Assembly (NCBI GenBank): GCA_905182285.1
Contig: CAJJAY010000007.1
Coordinates: 60,825 to 124,824, forward strand
Length of the DNA stretch: 64,000 nt
Direction of reading: 5' to 3'
Origin: an uncultured Amylibacter sp.
Lineage (GTDB): Bacteria > Pseudomonadota > Alphaproteobacteria > Rhodobacterales > Rhodobacteraceae
Positions 61,877 to 64,000 of the stretch are shown here, in pieces (within the stretch, counting starts at the first letter, position 1; each line of letters begins with the position of its first letter). Both the position numbers and the translations under genes were made by a program. The notes beneath the pieces were generated by a model. That model did not search any database, was not told the DNA's origin, and saw nothing but the letters and a program-made list of their open reading frames with translations.

Positions 61877-63049
61877 ATGACGGATATGGTATTTGGAACG
61901 GTTGCGCAGCAACCTACCGATCCAATTTTGCCGCGCTGGTGGCAAACAATCGACCGTTGGTCTTTAACCTTTGTAATGATACTTTTTGTCATGGGAATAT
62001 TATTAGGATTAGCAGCTTCTGTGCCATTAGCTCAAAGGAACGGTTTAGATCCATTTTATTATGTATATAAACAATTATTTTTTGGTGTAATTGCGCTCTT
62101 AGTTATGGTGTTTACATCAATGTTAACCCCTAAAATAATTAGAAGGTTAGGAACAATTGGTTTTATTTTCTGCTTTATAGCAATTTGCTTTTTACCTATG
62201 CTTGGTACTGATTTTGGCAAAGGGGCGGTTCGATGGTATTCTTTAGGATTTGCTTCTATCCAGCCTTCAGAGTTTCTGAAACCATGTTTTGTTATTTTTA
62301 CAGCTTGGTTAATGGCTTCAAGCTTTGATGTGGGAGGCCCTCCCGGCAAACGGATGTCTTTTGTTGTATGTGTTTTAGTAGTTGGTTTATTAGCTTTACA
62401 GCCTGATTTTGGTCAAGCTTCCTTGTTCTTAGCGTCATGGGGTTTGATGTATTTTGTGGCTGGGGCTTCACTTATATTAATGTTTATAATGTTTGTTTGT
62501 GTTGTTGGAGTTGGAATATTTTCATATAATAATTCAGAGCATTTTGCACGAAGGATTGATGGATTTTTAAATCCTGATATCGATCCTCGAACACAATTAG
62601 GTTATGCAACTAATGCAATTCAAGAAGGTGGATTTTTTGGAGTTGGCTTAGGTGAAGGGTCAGTAAAGTGGTCTCTTCCAGACGCTCATACAGACTTTAT
62701 TATTGCGGTTGCAGCGGAAGAATATGGCTTGATTTTAGTCTTAATAATAATTTCTCTATTTGCTGCAATTACAGTTAGATCACTTTTGCGCCTTATGAAC
62801 GAGAGAGATATATTTGTTCGACTTTCTGGAACTGGGATTGCAGTGCTTTTTGGAATGCAAGCAATGATAAATATGGGTGTTGCAGTTAGACTCTTACCGG
62901 CAAAAGGGATGACATTACCCTTTGTTAGCTATGGTGGGTCTTCATTATTAGCTGGTGGAATTGGATTAGGTGTCTTGCTGGCTTTTACGCGTAGGCGAGC
63001 ACAGGGCGATATTTCTGATATATTATCATCAGCGAAGATAACAAAATGA
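61877..63049 (+). CDS. ftsW: SEDS peptidoglycan polymerase FtsW
   Basis: GAVRW, QPSEF, QPDFG, LPDAHTDF, PFVSYGGSS. Confidence 0.96.
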   Translation: MTDMVFGTVAQQPTDPILPRWWQTIDRWSLTFVMILFVMGILLGLAASVPLAQRNGLDPFYYVYKQLFFGVIALLVMVFTSMLTPKIIRRLGTIGFIFCFIAICFLPMLGTDFGKGAVRWYSLGFASIQPSEFLKPCFVIFTAWLMASSFDVGGPPGKRMSFVVCVLVVGLLALQPDFGQASLFLASWGLMYFVAGASLILMFIMFVCVVGVGIFSYNNSEHFARRIDGFLNPDIDPRTQLGYATNAIQEGGFFGVGLGEGSVKWSLPDAHTDFIIAVAAEEYGLILVLIIISLFAAITVRSLLRLMNERDIFVRLSGTGIAVLFGMQAMINMGVAVRLLPAKGMTLPFVSYGGSSLLAGGIGLGVLLAFTRRRAQGDISDILSSAKITK

Positions 63050-64000
63050 CAAATAAGCCTTTGATAATGATAGCTGCAGGGGGTACTGGAGGACATATGT
63101 TTCCAGCGCAAGCTTTAGCAGAAGAAATGTTAGACCGTGGATGGCAAGTCAAGCTTTCAACCGATTTGAGAGGAAAACATTATGCCACTGAATTTCCAAA
63201 AAAAGTAATAATCGAAACTGTAAAATCGTCAACATTTTCACGAGGGGGCTTAAAGAGTAAAATACTGACACCAATATTAATTATTTTAGGTGTTTTAGAT
63301 GCAATGCGATCTATAAATAAACACAAGCCATCAATTATAGTGGGTTTCGGCGGGTATCCAGCTGTGCCAGCATTATTGGCGGGAGGATTGAAAAAAATTC
63401 CTCGAATTATCCATGAGCAAAATGGAATTTTAGGGAGAGTAAATAAACTATTTGCTAAAAAAGTTCAGATAGTTGTTTGCGGTTCTTGGCCAACAGAGTT
63501 ACCTAAAAATATAAAATCTATACACATTGGAAACCCTGTCAGAAATAAAGTGTTAAAATATGCAAGTTCACAATATATAGCGCCTGGTGATTGGCCATTG
63601 AGCTTACTAGTAATTGGAGGCTCCCAAGGCTCTAGCATTGTTTCAAAAATTACAGCGGAAGCAGTAACTTTATTACCTGAAAATTTGCGTATGAATCTTA
63701 GAGTGGCATGTCAGGTGCGAAAAGAAGATAGTTATAAAATTGAAAAAATATTTTTAGATTCAAAAGTAGATGCTGAAATTCAAGAATTCTTTCAAGATGT
63801 ACCAATGAGAATGTCACAGGCACAATTAGTAATTTCACGTGCTGGTGCATCATCAATTGCTGATATCTCTATCATAGGCCGCCCTTCAATATTAATACCA
63901 TTTGCAGCTGCTACTAATGACCATCAAAGGGCTAATTCTATGGGATTAGTTGAAGTCGGTGCAGCCGATGTGATAAATGAAAATGAACTAACTCCAAAAA
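63046..64000 (+). CDS. murG: MurG glycosyltransferase (3'-truncated by the window edge)
   Basis: AGGTGGHMFPA, GFGGYP, HEQN, GGSQG, RAGASS; ATGA overlap with ftsW. Confidence 0.96.
   Translation, partial: MTNKPLIMIAAGGTGGHMFPAQALAEEMLDRGWQVKLSTDLRGKHYATEFPKKVIIETVKSSTFSRGGLKSKILTPILIILGVLDAMRSINKHKPSIIVGFGGYPAVPALLAGGLKKIPRIIHEQNGILGRVNKLFAKKVQIVVCGSWPTELPKNIKSIHIGNPVRNKVLKYASSQYIAPGDWPLSLLVIGGSQGSSIVSKITAEAVTLLPENLRMNLRVACQVRKEDSYKIEKIFLDSKVDAEIQEFFQDVPMRMSQAQLVISRAGASSIADISIIGRPSILIPFAAATNDHQRANSMGLVEVGAADVINENELTPK

Overview
Core-genome window of an AT-rich, gene-dense alphaproteobacterium. Gene content and order are typical of Rhodobacteraceae; a streamlined pelagic roseobacter of the Amylibacter/HTCC2255 type is my inference. 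It holds nadE-gltX, a taurine/sulfonate-type ABC transporter next to a DmdC-like acyl-CoA dehydrogenase, dnaE, hisS-hisZ-hisG-panC, a GMC oxidoreductase and an orphan pxpA, aspS, topA, tldD, the aa3 cytochrome oxidase (coxB-ctaB-small ORF-ctaG-coxC-SURF1) cluster running into thrC, apt-mtnP, ptsP-lysC, gcrA, argD-argF, gatCA, an amidase, RNase P RNA and the start of the dcw cluster (mraZ to murG). I saw no mobile element, prophage, CRISPR array, tRNA or rRNA, and no clearly new multi-gene system. The most interesting signals are: (1) the rnpB-mraZ spacer, with a perfect alphaproteobacterial LexA box, two oppositely oriented MraZ-type repeat arrays, an NrdR-like box and an UpsM-like leader RNA; (2) a YodC/DUF2158 protein with a tandem RGG tail; (3) a GGCAGCA motif recurring in three dcw leaders, plus a short uORF overlapping the ftsW start; (4) an internal beta-subunit start inside lysC; (5) an inverted repeat over a putative gcrA promoter. 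All calls come from reading the sequence; no database searches were run.
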